A DNA stretch of 32,000 nt from Candidatus Saccharimonadota bacterium (GTDB lineage Bacteria; Pseudomonadota; Gammaproteobacteria; Enterobacterales; Enterobacteriaceae). A program made the position numbers and the translations under genes. Shown piece by piece: positions 10,571 to 20,586 of the stretch (positions are counted from its first letter, which is position 1; each line of letters opens with the position of its first letter). The stretch spans positions 270,001-302,000 of the forward strand of contig NZ_CP097762.1 in NCBI RefSeq assembly GCF_023585745.1, written 5' to 3'. The notes below the pieces were generated by a model. That model made no database searches and was not told where the DNA came from. It saw only the letters and a list, made by a program, of their open reading frames with translations.

Positions 10571-11413
10571 TCAATCACTATCTACACAATCACGCAATAA
10601 TTTATTTATCTGAATTTTATTTTTAGTTTTAGAATCTACTCTTTTTACTATCACCGCACAATAAGTATTAACTTTTCCATTCTTATCTGGAAAACTTCCA
10701 GGGATCACTACTGAACCCGCCGGGACACGACCATAAAATACACAACCGCTATCACGATCATATATTTTAGTACTTTGTCCAATAAATACTCCCATAGAAA
10801 TTACGGCGCCTTTTTCAACAATTACTCCTTCTGCAATTTCAGAACGAGCGCCAATAAAACAATAATCTTCAATAATAGTCGGATTAACTTGTAACGGTTC
10901 TAAAACACCTCCAATCCCAACGCCTCCCGATAAATGCACATATTTCCCAATTTGAGCACAAGACCCAACTGTAGCCCAAGTATCAATCATTGAGCCTACA
11001 TCAATATACGCACCAATATTAATATAAGATGGCATAATTACTGTATCATTAGCAATATAAGCTCCATACCGAACAGTAGCTGGTGGAACTACTCGTAAAT
11101 TTTTATTAATAAAATTCTGGGGATTCCATCTAGAAAATTTTAAAGAAAATTTATCAAAAAAATAATTATCACCCCAATTAGTCAATTTGTTTTCTAAAAC
11201 AGAAAAAGATAATATGATTGCTTTTTTTAACCATTGATGTGTTACCCAAACACCATTAATATTTTCTGAGACGCGTAACATTCCACTATCTAATAATCTT
11301 AAGACTTCTAAAATCGCATCAACAACAGAATCACGATTTTTACTCTTATCATGTTGTAAAAAAAAATCTTTTTTTTCAAAAGCTATTTCTATTATATTTT
11401 TTAATATTTGCAT
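10571..11413 (-). CDS. dapD: Tetrahydrodipicolinate N-succinyltransferase
   Basis: 280 aa, colinear with E. coli DapD (274 aa). Matching stretches: [75 protein letters not shown]. Confidence 0.97.
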   Translation of the reverse strand: MQILKNIIEIAFEKKDFFLQHDKSKNRDSVVDAILEVLRLLDSGMLRVSENINGVWVTHQWLKKAIILSFSVLENKLTNWGDNYFFDKFSLKFSRWNPQNFINKNLRVVPPATVRYGAYIANDTVIMPSYINIGAYIDVGSMIDTWATVGSCAQIGKYVHLSGGVGIGGVLEPLQVNPTIIEDYCFIGARSEIAEGVIVEKGAVISMGVFIGQSTKIYDRDSGCVFYGRVPAGSVVIPGSFPDKNGKVNTYCAVIVKRVDSKTKNKIQINKLLRDCVDSD

Positions 11414-11636
11414 ATCTTATTAACCTATACAATATAATTACCTCAAAATAACAAATTAACCATAAATCATTTCATAAATATTATATATAATACAGAATTT
11501 CATATTAATAAATACACATAAAAAATCCACAATAAAATTGTACTAATATACATGTAACCCCTAAATTTCATTACTATTTATACACTATACTGACACAACG
11601 TTTTTAGTAAACTAATCATTAAATTTAAATACTGTA

Positions 11637-11681
11637 AATATTAAAATATAATGAATAAATTATTCATTATATTTTAATATT
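11637..11681. repeat. Perfect 45-bp palindrome (22-bp arms around a single central A): AATATTAAAATATAATGAATAA-A-TTATTCATTATATTTTAATATT
   Basis: Checked base by base. Positions 11637-11658 pair perfectly with 11681-11660, the centre is 11659, and the next outer pair (11636/11682) is A-A. It lies 80 nt downstream of the map stop codon and 223 nt upstream of the dapD start. Confidence 0.95.
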
Positions 11682-11761
11682 ACAACATTCCGACATTAAA
11701 CATTAATAAATATAATAATAAAATTTAATTTTTAAAAATCTCTAAATATTTCAGACAAATC

Positions 11762-12562
11762 TCATAAATTGGCATGGGTAATAACCTCTGGAAAACACTC
11801 TTCATCCCGTAAAGTTAACACTTCACATCCGCTATTAGTCACAGCAATAGTATGTTCATATTGCGCAGATAAGCTATGATCTCGTGTTTTTACAGTCCAG
11901 CCATCATTTTGGTCAGTAAAAACATGTCGACTACCTGTATTAACCATTGGCTCTATCGTTAAAGTCATACCAGATTGTAACACACAATTATCATCATCCG
12001 CATCATAATGCAATACATGAGGTGGCTCATGAAAAAATTTTCCAGTACCATGACCGCAATATTCCCTAACCACCGAAAAATTTGCGTGTTCAACAAATTT
12101 TTGAATAGATCTACCTATATCACGAAGACGTAAACCCGGTTTAATCATACGAATCGCTAAATAAAGGCTCTTTTGAGTTACCTGACATAAACGTTGTCCT
12201 AAAACTGTAGGTTTACCTACAAAAAACATTTTAGAGGTATCCGCGTATAATCCATTTTTAATCACTGTAACATCAATATTAATAATATCTCCTGATCGCA
12301 ATTTAAGCGCGTTATTTGGTATACCATGACAAACTACATCATTAACTGATGTACAAATAGATTTAGGAAACCCTTTATACCCAAGCGGGGCGGGAATAGC
12401 ATCTTGTACTTGTGTAATATAATTATGACAAATAGTATTTAATTCCTCGGTGCTAACCCCAGGTTTGATATGACGCGCAATCATTTCTAATACTTCCGCT
12501 GCTAATCTTCCCGAAAGACGCATCTTTTCTATATCTATAGACGATTTGATAATAATATTCAT
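11762..12562 (-). CDS. map: Methionine aminopeptidase (type I)
   Basis: 266 aa, colinear with E. coli Map. Matching stretches: DIEKMRLSGRLAAEVLEMI, VVCHGIP, DIINIDVTVIK, REYCGHG, TIEPMVN, LSAQYEHTI. Ends with a TGA stop. Confidence 0.97.
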   Translation of the reverse strand: MNIIIKSSIDIEKMRLSGRLAAEVLEMIARHIKPGVSTEELNTICHNYITQVQDAIPAPLGYKGFPKSICTSVNDVVCHGIPNNALKLRSGDIINIDVTVIKNGLYADTSKMFFVGKPTVLGQRLCQVTQKSLYLAIRMIKPGLRLRDIGRSIQKFVEHANFSVVREYCGHGTGKFFHEPPHVLHYDADDDNCVLQSGMTLTIEPMVNTGSRHVFTDQNDGWTVKTRDHSLSAQYEHTIAVTNSGCEVLTLRDEECFPEVITHANL

Positions 12563-12841
12563 AATTTAAAAATCCAAAACAAATACATTTGAAACATTTC
12601 AGTAATTAAATGCTACAATAGCATACTTAATTCCCTAAATATTTAAATAAATTAACACATATTAGTATATGAAAAATAATTTCATTAACCTTATCTATAG
12701 ATTACTATTCTGAATCAATCATAATACACTGAAATTAGTATAACATATACAATATAATTTATCCATATTTAGAATATTTAAAATTCTACAATATTGCCAC
12801 ATAATATATCCAACACTTAATTTCATTAGGAGATATATAAA

Positions 12842-13516
12842 ATGGAACAACTTTCTATACGAGATATGCTAAAAGCAGGAGTACATTTTGGACATCAAAC
12901 ACGTTATTGGAATCCTAAAATGAAGCCTTTTATTTTTGGGATACGTAATAAAATACATATTATTAATCTAGAAATAACTATGTTAATGTTTAAACAAGCA
13001 CTATTTGAATTAAAAAATATTACTTCATTAAAAGGTAAAATTTTATTTGTAGGCACTAAACGCGCAGCTCGAGAAGCAATAAAAAAAACAGCATTATCGT
13101 GTAATCAATTTTTTGTCAATCACCGGTGGTTAGGTGGAATGTTGACGAATTGGAAAACAGTGCGTCAATCTATAAAACGTTTAAAAGATTTAGAACATCA
13201 GTCAAAAGACGGTACCTTTAAAAAGGTAACAAAAAAAGAAGCATTAATATTAAATCGAGAACTTATTAGTTTAGAAAATAGTTTAGGAGGTATCAAAAAT
13301 ATGGGGGGGCTACCAGAAGCAATTTTTGCTATTGGAGCAACACATGAACAGATCGCCATAAAAGAAGCGCGCAGTTTAGGTATTTCAGTCTTTGCAATAG
13401 TAGACACTAATTCTAATCCAGATGGAATTGATTTTATTATTCCAGGAAATGATGATGCAATACGTGCAATTAATCTATATCTAGGAATTGTATCTAATAC
13501 AATTCAAAATAATTAG
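12842..13516 (+). CDS. rpsB: 30S ribosomal protein S2
   Basis: 224 aa. [56 protein letters not shown] and [10 protein letters not shown] are near-identical to E. coli S2. It is about 17 aa shorter than E. coli S2 (241 aa) and lacks the acidic C-terminal tail. AGGAG at 12828-12832 sits 9 nt before the ATG. Confidence 0.98.
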   Translation: MEQLSIRDMLKAGVHFGHQTRYWNPKMKPFIFGIRNKIHIINLEITMLMFKQALFELKNITSLKGKILFVGTKRAAREAIKKTALSCNQFFVNHRWLGGMLTNWKTVRQSIKRLKDLEHQSKDGTFKKVTKKEALILNRELISLENSLGGIKNMGGLPEAIFAIGATHEQIAIKEARSLGISVFAIVDTNSNPDGIDFIIPGNDDAIRAINLYLGIVSNTIQNN

Positions 13517-13609
13517 ACTTAAAATTTATTTTAATCATACACATAATAACTATGCTACTTACTATAGTAACATTACTCTAATGTATAATATTTCTTATGT
13601 AAAATCACT

Positions 13610-14434
13610 ATGAAAAAGAATATAGCTAATATTAATAATAATTTAATTAAAGAACTACGCAGGCGCACTAATATTGGAATACTAGAATGTAAACAATCAT
13701 TAATTCAAGCTAATGGAAATATTGAGTTAGCTATAGAAAATATGAGAAAATCTGGCGCAAAAACTACTGATGACAAATCTAATCGTACAACAAAAAAAGG
13801 TATAATTCTAATAAAATTAACACCTAATAAACAACTCGGCGTCATGATAGAAATAAATTGTGAAACTGATTTCGTATCAAGAAATAATATTTTTCAAGAA
13901 TTTGCTAAAACTGTTATGATGACAGCATTACGTGAAAATATTAATGATGTCAATTTAATAAATACTATGTTTATAAAACAAAAAGCCAATACGATAGCAA
14001 TACTAGGAGAAAATATAAATATAAATAGACTCATTATTTTACAAGGACAATATTTAGAATATTATATACATGGATTAAAAATTGGCGTCATAATTGCAAC
14101 TAACAAAAAAATTGGTAATGACATAATAAAGCATATCGCTATGCATATAGCTTCCGAAAAACCAAAATATATTAATGTCGAAGATATTCCAAGTGACGTG
14201 ATAAAACGTGAATACCATATTCAAATGGAAATTGCCATGAAATCGGGAAAACCAAATAATATTTTAGAAAAAATAGCCAAAGGACGAATGAATAAATTCA
14301 TCAATGAGATAGTGTTAAAAAAACAAAAATTTATTATGGATACTGATAAAACAATAGAAAATCTATTAAATGACCATAATATTGAAATTAATAACTTTGC
14401 GCGATTTGAAATTGGCGAATTTTATATAAATTAA
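13610..14434 (+). CDS. tsf: Elongation factor Ts
   Basis: 274 aa. Matching stretches: LIKELRRRT, ANGNIELAIENMRKSGA, INCETDFV, HIAMHIASEKPKY, GRMNKF, FARFEIGE. Colinear with E. coli EF-Ts and in the conserved position after rpsB. Confidence 0.96.
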   Translation: MKKNIANINNNLIKELRRRTNIGILECKQSLIQANGNIELAIENMRKSGAKTTDDKSNRTTKKGIILIKLTPNKQLGVMIEINCETDFVSRNNIFQEFAKTVMMTALRENINDVNLINTMFIKQKANTIAILGENININRLIILQGQYLEYYIHGLKIGVIIATNKKIGNDIIKHIAMHIASEKPKYINVEDIPSDVIKREYHIQMEIAMKSGKPNNILEKIAKGRMNKFINEIVLKKQKFIMDTDKTIENLLNDHNIEINNFARFEIGEFYIN

Positions 14435-14447
14435 TATTTATACAAAA

Positions 14448-14475
14448 TTGACAAATATATACTATCATATATTCT
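14448..14475 (+). promoter_or_regulatory. Candidate sigma70-type promoter upstream of pyrH
   Basis: Consensus -35 TTGACA (14448-14453), a 16-bp spacer, then TATTCT (14470-14475). It lies in the 202-bp tsf-pyrH spacer, about 160 nt upstream of the pyrH ATG. Hexamer matches are weak evidence in DNA this AT-rich. Confidence 0.3.
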
Positions 14476-14636
14476 GCTAAATAAGTACTTTAGGTATGAT
14501 ATGTTCTTAACTATTTTAAAAAACTATATTTAATGCATGCATAGATAAGAGGCATCGATATTATATGTATCTGATCCAATAATTTAACTCAATCGATACT
14601 TAGTTCTATTTAGTCATTTTGTGAGGAATATGATTA

Positions 14637-15362
14637 ATGGTAACTCACACTCAACCAATTTATCGACGCGTTGTACTTAAAATTAGTGGCGAAGCATTGC
14701 AAGGGTCCGAAGGGTTTGGAATAAACATAAGTGTATTAAACCGAATGGTTATAGAAGTTAAAGAACTTATTAAAATAGGCATTCAAATAGGTATAGTAAT
14801 AGGAGGAGGCAACTTATTTAGAGGAACGGGTTTAGTAAAATCTGGTATAAACCGAGTAGTTGGGGATCATATGGGTATGTTGGCAACAATAATGAATGGA
14901 TTAGCTATGAGAAGCGCATTAAACCATATGTATGTCCATGCTTGCCTTATGTCATCCATTTCGCTAAACGGCATGTGCGAAGATTATAACTGGATAAAAG
15001 CTATTAATTTATTATCCAATAATTGGGTGGTAATTTTTGCGGCTGGCACTGGAAATCCATTATTTACTACCGATTCTGCTGCATGTTTACGAGGTATTGA
15101 AGTGCAAGCAGATGCGGTACTAAAGGCCACTAAAGTAGACGGTGTATTTTCTACTGATCCAATAAAACATCCTGATGCTATATTATACGAACAACTAAGT
15201 TACCAAGATGTTTTAAATAAAGAATTAAAAATCATGGATCTAACAGCATTTACATTAGCTCGAGATCATGAGTTACCAATACGTGTATTCAATATAAATA
15301 AACATGGTGCATTAAAAAGAATAATAATGGGATATAAAGAAGGTACTTTAATAAGTAAATAA
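14637..15362 (+). CDS. pyrH: Uridylate (UMP) kinase
   Basis: 241 aa, the same length as E. coli PyrH. Matching stretches: [92 protein letters not shown] at 14623-14627 sits 9 nt before the ATG. Confidence 0.98.
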   Translation: MVTHTQPIYRRVVLKISGEALQGSEGFGINISVLNRMVIEVKELIKIGIQIGIVIGGGNLFRGTGLVKSGINRVVGDHMGMLATIMNGLAMRSALNHMYVHACLMSSISLNGMCEDYNWIKAINLLSNNWVVIFAAGTGNPLFTTDSAACLRGIEVQADAVLKATKVDGVFSTDPIKHPDAILYEQLSYQDVLNKELKIMDLTAFTLARDHELPIRVFNINKHGALKRIIMGYKEGTLISK

Positions 15363-15433
15363 TATCTAGACACTTTATATACAATTAAATCTAATAAATT
15401 AACTTTTTCTTAAATATGAAATAGGTATCTATC

Positions 15434-15991
15434 TTGATAGAAAAGATTATAATTGAATTAGAATCACAACTAAAAAAATGTATTAACACCTTTAAAAAAC
15501 ACATTAATACTATTCATATAGGTAAAGTGTCTATAAACATGTTAAATAACATACAGATAAACTACTACGGTGCATTAGTGCCAATACGTCAAGTATCTAA
15601 TATTACTGTAGAAAACCCCCGTACATTAACTGTTAATGTTTTTGATATTAAAATAATTAAATTAGTAGAAAAAGCTATTAATACTTCTGAATTGGAATTA
15701 AATCCAATCTCTTGCGGTAATATAATTAAAATTGTATTGCCAATGTTAACGGAAGAACGTCGTATTACTTTAACAAAAGTGGTACGTTCAGAATCAGAAA
15801 AAAGTAAAATTTCTATAAGAAATATACGACGTATTGCTAATGATAAAATCAAATTTTTATTAAAAAACAAAGAAATTAATGAAGATATAATGCATAATTA
15901 TCACAATAAAATTCAAAAATTAACAGATACTTATATTAAAGAAATCAATTTTATATTATCAAAAAAAGAAATGGAATTAATGAAATTTTGA
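15434..15991 (+). CDS. frr: Ribosome recycling factor
   Basis: 185 aa, the same length as E. coli Frr. A TTG start at 15434 is needed for full-length alignment. Matching stretches: INYYGALVPIRQVSNITVENPRTLTVNVFD, LPMLTEERR, IRNIRRIANDK, KLTDTYIK, ELMKF. Ends with a TGA stop. Confidence 0.95.
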   Translation: MIEKIIIELESQLKKCINTFKKHINTIHIGKVSINMLNNIQINYYGALVPIRQVSNITVENPRTLTVNVFDIKIIKLVEKAINTSELELNPISCGNIIKIVLPMLTEERRITLTKVVRSESEKSKISIRNIRRIANDKIKFLLKNKEINEDIMHNYHNKIQKLTDTYIKEINFILSKKEMELMKF

Positions 15992-16083
15992 ATGCTGCAT
16001 ATGCACTATACATAATCATCTGTATAAAAATATACAAATGTAATTTATACACTTAACTCACTTTTCTAAATTATATTATAAGT

Positions 16084-17283
16084 ATGCAATCTATAACTAT
16101 ACTAGGCAGTACTGGCTCTGTAGGACAGGCTACTATTTCTGTGGTCCAACAACATTCTAGCAAATTTTGTGTACGCGCCTTAGTAGCTAAAAATAATGTA
16201 TCTATAATGACCAATCAATGTTTGACTATATGTCCTAAATACGCATGTATGATAGACGAAAACGCTGCTAAGATGTTAAAATCAAATTTAATTGCCGCTG
16301 GAAAAAATGATATCCAAGTATTATCTGGAATAACTAACGCATGCGCATTAGCAATGCTAGATGATGTAGAGATGGTGATGTCCGCCATAGTTGGAATAGC
16401 CGGATTAAAACCGACTTTTTCTGCCATTCGTGCTGGAAAAAAAATTCTTTTAGCTAATAAAGAAACTTTAATTACTTGTGGAAAATTTTTTATGCAAGAG
16501 GCTGAAACACATAACGCTACTATATTACCTATAGATAGCGAACATAATGCTATTTTTCAGAACTTACCAATAAAATGTCAAAAAAATCTAGGACGTTTTC
16601 CTTTATCTAAATATGGTATATCAAAAATTGTACTAACAGCCTCCGGAGGAGTGTTTAGAAAAATACCTCAAGAACAATTATCTTCAGTAACTCCAGAACA
16701 AGCCTGCACCCATCCTAATTGGTCTATGGGCAATAAAATATCAGTAGATTCTGCCACTATGATGAATAAAGGTCTAGAATACATAGAAGCACGTTACTTA
16801 TTTAACGCCAAATCTAATGAAATACAAATTTTACTACATCCACAATCTATTGTGCATGCTATAGTACATTATACAGATGGAAACATGTTAGCTCACTTAG
16901 CTATTCCAGATATGAAAATTCCTATTGCATACGCTATGGCTTATCCTAATAGGATGCCTCTGAAAATGCCGTCTTACATAAATACTAATTGTTTAAACAC
17001 ACTGCATTTTGCAGAATTAGACTATCATAGTTATCCTTGCTTACAATTAGCAATAGACGCAAATAACTCTGGCCAAGCTGCAACTATAATTTTAAACGCA
17101 GCTAATGAAATAGCCGTAGAAGCATTTTTACATAAAATTATTTCTTTTAATAAAATACCTGATATTATAAGTAATGTACTTGATGTCGTTCATTTTAATG
17201 ACCCTAATAATATAGAAGAGATACTTTACATAGACAAACAAGCTCGAGCAAAAACAACATCATTATGTTATGTAAAAAAATAA
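16084..17283 (+). CDS. dxr: 1-deoxy-D-xylulose 5-phosphate reductoisomerase
   Basis: 399 aa against 398 aa in E. coli. Matching stretches: ITILGSTGSVG, LLANKETLITCG, LPIDSEHNAIFQ, HPNWSMGNKISVDSATMMNKGLEYIEA, HPQSIVHA, LNAANE. Confidence 0.97.
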   Translation: MQSITILGSTGSVGQATISVVQQHSSKFCVRALVAKNNVSIMTNQCLTICPKYACMIDENAAKMLKSNLIAAGKNDIQVLSGITNACALAMLDDVEMVMSAIVGIAGLKPTFSAIRAGKKILLANKETLITCGKFFMQEAETHNATILPIDSEHNAIFQNLPIKCQKNLGRFPLSKYGISKIVLTASGGVFRKIPQEQLSSVTPEQACTHPNWSMGNKISVDSATMMNKGLEYIEARYLFNAKSNEIQILLHPQSIVHAIVHYTDGNMLAHLAIPDMKIPIAYAMAYPNRMPLKMPSYINTNCLNTLHFAELDYHSYPCLQLAIDANNSGQAATIILNAANEIAVEAFLHKIISFNKIPDIISNVLDVVHFNDPNNIEEILYIDKQARAKTTSLCYVKK

Positions 17284-17454
17284 ATAATGATTTGCAAAAA
17301 CATTTTTTATCATACTCATATATACTGTATATATAAAAGCTATTATGTCATATATATTAAGTAATAGCTAACTAATCACAATTGATGTATGTCAACTAAC
17401 TAATAAAAAAATTTTTGTATATATTAAGATATTTGATTTAAATAATAAACACGT

Positions 17455-18207
17455 GTGATATCATCTAAAAATAAACAAAACATTAGCACTTTTTCATCTA
17501 ATGTATTACCGCGACACGTTGCCATAATAATGGATGGAAACAGACGTTGGGCAAACACTCGAGGGAAATTACGTATTGTTGGACACAAAGCTGGGCTAGA
17601 TGCAGCTCGCAGAGCTGTAAATTTTGCTATAAATTATAAACTTGATGCATTAACATTATATGCATTTAGTAGTGAAAACTGGAAACGACCCAGCGGGGAA
17701 ATAAAATCTCTAATGCAATTATTTTCTCATGCTCTAAACAAAGAAATACACACACTCCATAAAAATAATATCAAATTACGCATTATTGGAGATATAAACA
17801 AATTTACTGTTGAACTTCAAAAAAATATTAAAAATTCTGAACAATTAACTGCTAAAAATAATGGACTTACACTTAATATTGCAGCAAATTATGGAGGACG
17901 TTGGGATATTATCCAAGGTGTTAAACAACTTGCTACACAAGTACAAAAAGGAATGTTGAATCCTAATCAAATTAATGAGGATACTTTATGTAAATGTGTT
18001 TGTATGAATGAATTAGCGCCAGTAGATTTAGTAATTCGTACAGGAGGTGAGTATAGAATTAGTAACTTTTTACTCTGGCAAATAGCATATGCTGAATTAT
18101 TCTTTACAGATGTGCTATGGCCAGATTTCAACGATATGATCTTTAAAAATGCACTCAATACTTTTACTAAACGAGAGCGTCGATTTGGCAGTAATGCATC
18201 TGCATAA
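17455..18207 (+). CDS. uppS: Undecaprenyl diphosphate synthase
   Basis: 250 aa. Matching stretches: RHVAIIMDGNRRWA, LTLYAFSSENWKRP, LNIAANYGGRWDI, DLVIRTGGEYRISNFLLWQIAYAELFFTDVLWPDF, RERRFG. A GTG start at 17455 is required because the first in-frame ATG falls inside the conserved IIMDG motif. Confidence 0.95.
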   Translation: MISSKNKQNISTFSSNVLPRHVAIIMDGNRRWANTRGKLRIVGHKAGLDAARRAVNFAINYKLDALTLYAFSSENWKRPSGEIKSLMQLFSHALNKEIHTLHKNNIKLRIIGDINKFTVELQKNIKNSEQLTAKNNGLTLNIAANYGGRWDIIQGVKQLATQVQKGMLNPNQINEDTLCKCVCMNELAPVDLVIRTGGEYRISNFLLWQIAYAELFFTDVLWPDFNDMIFKNALNTFTKRERRFGSNASA

Positions 18208-18240
18208 TCTACATCTTATAAAATATAAGAATATAAATAT

Positions 18241-19113
18241 GTGTTAAAACACCGAATTATTAGTACATGTATATTAATACCTGTTATTATATTAACATTA
18301 ATAACATTATCTACAACACAATTTTCGATTTGTGCAGCTGCTGTTTGTTTAATAAACGCATGGGAATGGGGCAAAATAATGCGTTTTTCCTCAATGAATC
18401 AAATAATATGGATCAGTACCATATTTTTTTTGTTAAGTCTCATCATTACAATAGTAGTGACACAAAATATTTTTTCTATAAAACATTGGAAAATTATTTG
18501 GTATTTTATCGGAAATATAACTATAATCTGGTGGATATTATCATTTATATTAATAATATATTATCCATACTCTACTTTTTTTTGGAAAAAATCTATTTTT
18601 TTACGTTACTGTTTTGGAATATTAATAATTTTACCATTCTTTTTGGGAATATTAACATTACATCAACTTCATTATATTAACAAAAATTTCATTAACACAT
18701 GGTGGTTACTATACATACTAATATTAGTATGGGTTAACGACTCTAGCGCCTATATTATAGGTCGTACTTTAGGGCAACATAAACTATTACCTTCCATATC
18801 TCCTGAAAAAACTTGGGAAGGATGTATTGGTGGAATCCTTATATCTATAGGAACTTCATGGTTATTAATTAAATATATTATAACACATAATACTGTTTTT
18901 ATGATGTCTCCTCACATCATATTTATTTATTCTATAATTTCCATCATTACTTCCGTAATAGGAGATTTAAACGAAAGCATGTTTAAACGAACATCAGGAA
19001 TCAAAGATAGCGGTAATATAATCCCTGGACATGGAGGACTACTAGATCGTACCGATAGTGTAACCGCTGCAATACCCATATTCACCTATCTAATATTATT
19101 AGATTTGTCTTAA
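18241..19113 (+). CDS. cdsA: Phosphatidate cytidylyltransferase (CDP-diglyceride synthase)
   Basis: 290 aa. With a GTG start, the N-terminus (M)LKHRIISTCILIPV matches E. coli MLKYRLISAFVLIPV. Also present: AWEWG, SPEKTWEG and the signature GDLNESMFKRTSGIKDSGNIIPGHGGLLDRTDS. Confidence 0.95.
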   Translation: MLKHRIISTCILIPVIILTLITLSTTQFSICAAAVCLINAWEWGKIMRFSSMNQIIWISTIFFLLSLIITIVVTQNIFSIKHWKIIWYFIGNITIIWWILSFILIIYYPYSTFFWKKSIFLRYCFGILIILPFFLGILTLHQLHYINKNFINTWWLLYILILVWVNDSSAYIIGRTLGQHKLLPSISPEKTWEGCIGGILISIGTSWLLIKYIITHNTVFMMSPHIIFIYSIISIITSVIGDLNESMFKRTSGIKDSGNIIPGHGGLLDRTDSVTAAIPIFTYLILLDLS

Positions 19114-19144
19114 CATTATTAAGAATAGAGAACTTATAAAAATT

Positions 19145-20551
19145 ATGTTATCACATTTTTTTTGGAATTTAATCACATTTATTTTAACACTAAGCATATT
19201 AATCACTATTCATGAATATGGACATTTTTTAGCAGCACGTTTCTTGAACGTAAAAATAGAAAAATTTTCTATAGGATTTGGTCCAGTGTTATGGAGTTGG
19301 AAAGACCAAAAAAAAGATACAGAATACGCAATTTCTGCTATTCTTTTTGGCGGATATATAAAATTATTTGACGCGCCAAAATCAATTAATAAACAATATA
19401 CTCAAAAATATAATAATACATTTAATTCAAAAAAAACTTGGGAAAAAATTATTATTATAGTTGCTGGACCTATTATGAATTTCCTATTATCAATTATATT
19501 ATATATAATAATTTTTATTATAGGAACACCAACACACAAACCAATTATACAATCTATTATCCCTGATTCTATCGCAGATCAATCTGGCTTATTATCTAAT
19601 TTAGAAATCCAATCTATTAATAATGTTCATACACATAATTGGGATGCAATACGATTAGAGATACTAAATAATATTGGAAAAAAAAATATTGTTATTTCCA
19701 CAATAGAAATATGTCAAAATAATACAAATATAAAAACTTATACTTTAAATATACCTGATAACTGGTTTAATAAATCTATTAATTATATTAACGACCCCGT
19801 AATTTCTTTAGGTATTGTACCTATTGATACATATATAATACCAACTATATTTAAAATCCGCCCAAACTCTGCTGCTCAACAATCAGGCCTAAAAATAGGA
19901 GATAAAATTATTAAAATTAATGAACAAACAATAACTAATTGGGAATCAGTTATTAAAATAATAAAAAATAACCTTACAAACAACTTAAACATTACTATTG
20001 CACGTGAAAATAAAACAATAAATCTAAATTTAAATCTACAATCTAATAAAATACATTGCATTCACCCAAATACAATAGAAGAAATCATTGGATTTATACC
20101 AAAAGTTATTTCTAAACCAACAAAAAATTTTTTATTAAAAAATAAATATGGATATTTTGATGCAATATTACATTCTTGTAAAAAAGTTTGGAAATTAATA
20201 TATTTTACAATCAATACACTATTTCAAGCAATTCTCGGAAATATTAATATCATACAGCTTATAGGAGGACCAATTTCAATAGCACAAAAAGCCGGAGAAA
20301 CAGCAAAATATGGATTTATCTATTACTTAATGTTTCTATCTGTAATTAGTATTAATTTAGGCATTATAAATCTACTGCCATTTCCATCATTAGATGGAGG
20401 ACACCTGTTTTTTCTCATAATAGAAAAAATTATCGGAAAACTAATACCTAAAAAAATAAAGCATTTTATCCATATTATAGGATATATAATACTAATGTCC
20501 GTAATAAGTATAGCATTGTTTAATGACATAAATAAATTATGGCAATGCTAA
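19145..20551 (+). CDS. rseP: Site-2 (RIP) zinc metalloprotease RseP
   Basis: 468 aa. Matching stretches: N-terminal MLSHFFWNL...ITIHEYGHF (HExxH), FGGYIKLFD, two PDZ-like segments (PNSAAQQSGLKIGDKIIKIN), GPISIAQ, INLGIINLLPFPSLDGGH. Confidence 0.95.
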   Translation: MLSHFFWNLITFILTLSILITIHEYGHFLAARFLNVKIEKFSIGFGPVLWSWKDQKKDTEYAISAILFGGYIKLFDAPKSINKQYTQKYNNTFNSKKTWEKIIIIVAGPIMNFLLSIILYIIIFIIGTPTHKPIIQSIIPDSIADQSGLLSNLEIQSINNVHTHNWDAIRLEILNNIGKKNIVISTIEICQNNTNIKTYTLNIPDNWFNKSINYINDPVISLGIVPIDTYIIPTIFKIRPNSAAQQSGLKIGDKIIKINEQTITNWESVIKIIKNNLTNNLNITIARENKTINLNLNLQSNKIHCIHPNTIEEIIGFIPKVISKPTKNFLLKNKYGYFDAILHSCKKVWKLIYFTINTLFQAILGNINIIQLIGGPISIAQKAGETAKYGFIYYLMFLSVISINLGIINLLPFPSLDGGHLFFLIIEKIIGKLIPKKIKHFIHIIGYIILMSVISIALFNDINKLWQC

Positions 20552-20586
20552 TCAATACATTTTAACTAAATAAAAATAATAATGCG

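Noticed and set aside
12563-12841. Divergent map / rpsB promoter region and a possible rpsB autoregulatory leader, for example TATAAT at 12753-12758.
   Set aside because: TATAAT-like hexamers are everywhere in this composition. I could not recognise a conserved S2-leader structure by eye, so I make no defensible call beyond the AGGAG ribosome-binding site.
14554-14598. Two copies of ATCGATA (14554-14560 and 14592-14598), plus the ATGCATGCAT palindrome (14533-14542), in the tsf-pyrH spacer.
   Set aside because: The motifs are short. They are mildly unusual because they contain CG in A/T-rich DNA, but there are only two copies and I can name no matching regulator site. They might merit a motif search genome-wide, but nothing can be claimed from this window.
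15989-15991. Checked for UGA recoding, as in some tiny symbiont genomes.
   Set aside because: TGA terminates frr, dnaE and map at positions matching the E. coli protein ends. Trp is encoded by TGG in conserved positions, so the standard code applies.
18267-18680. 137-aa same-strand ORF overlapping cdsA in another frame.
   Set aside because: Its translation is N/Y/I/F low-complexity. The cdsA frame aligns with E. coli CdsA from end to end, so the overlapping frame is a by-product of AT-rich codon usage.
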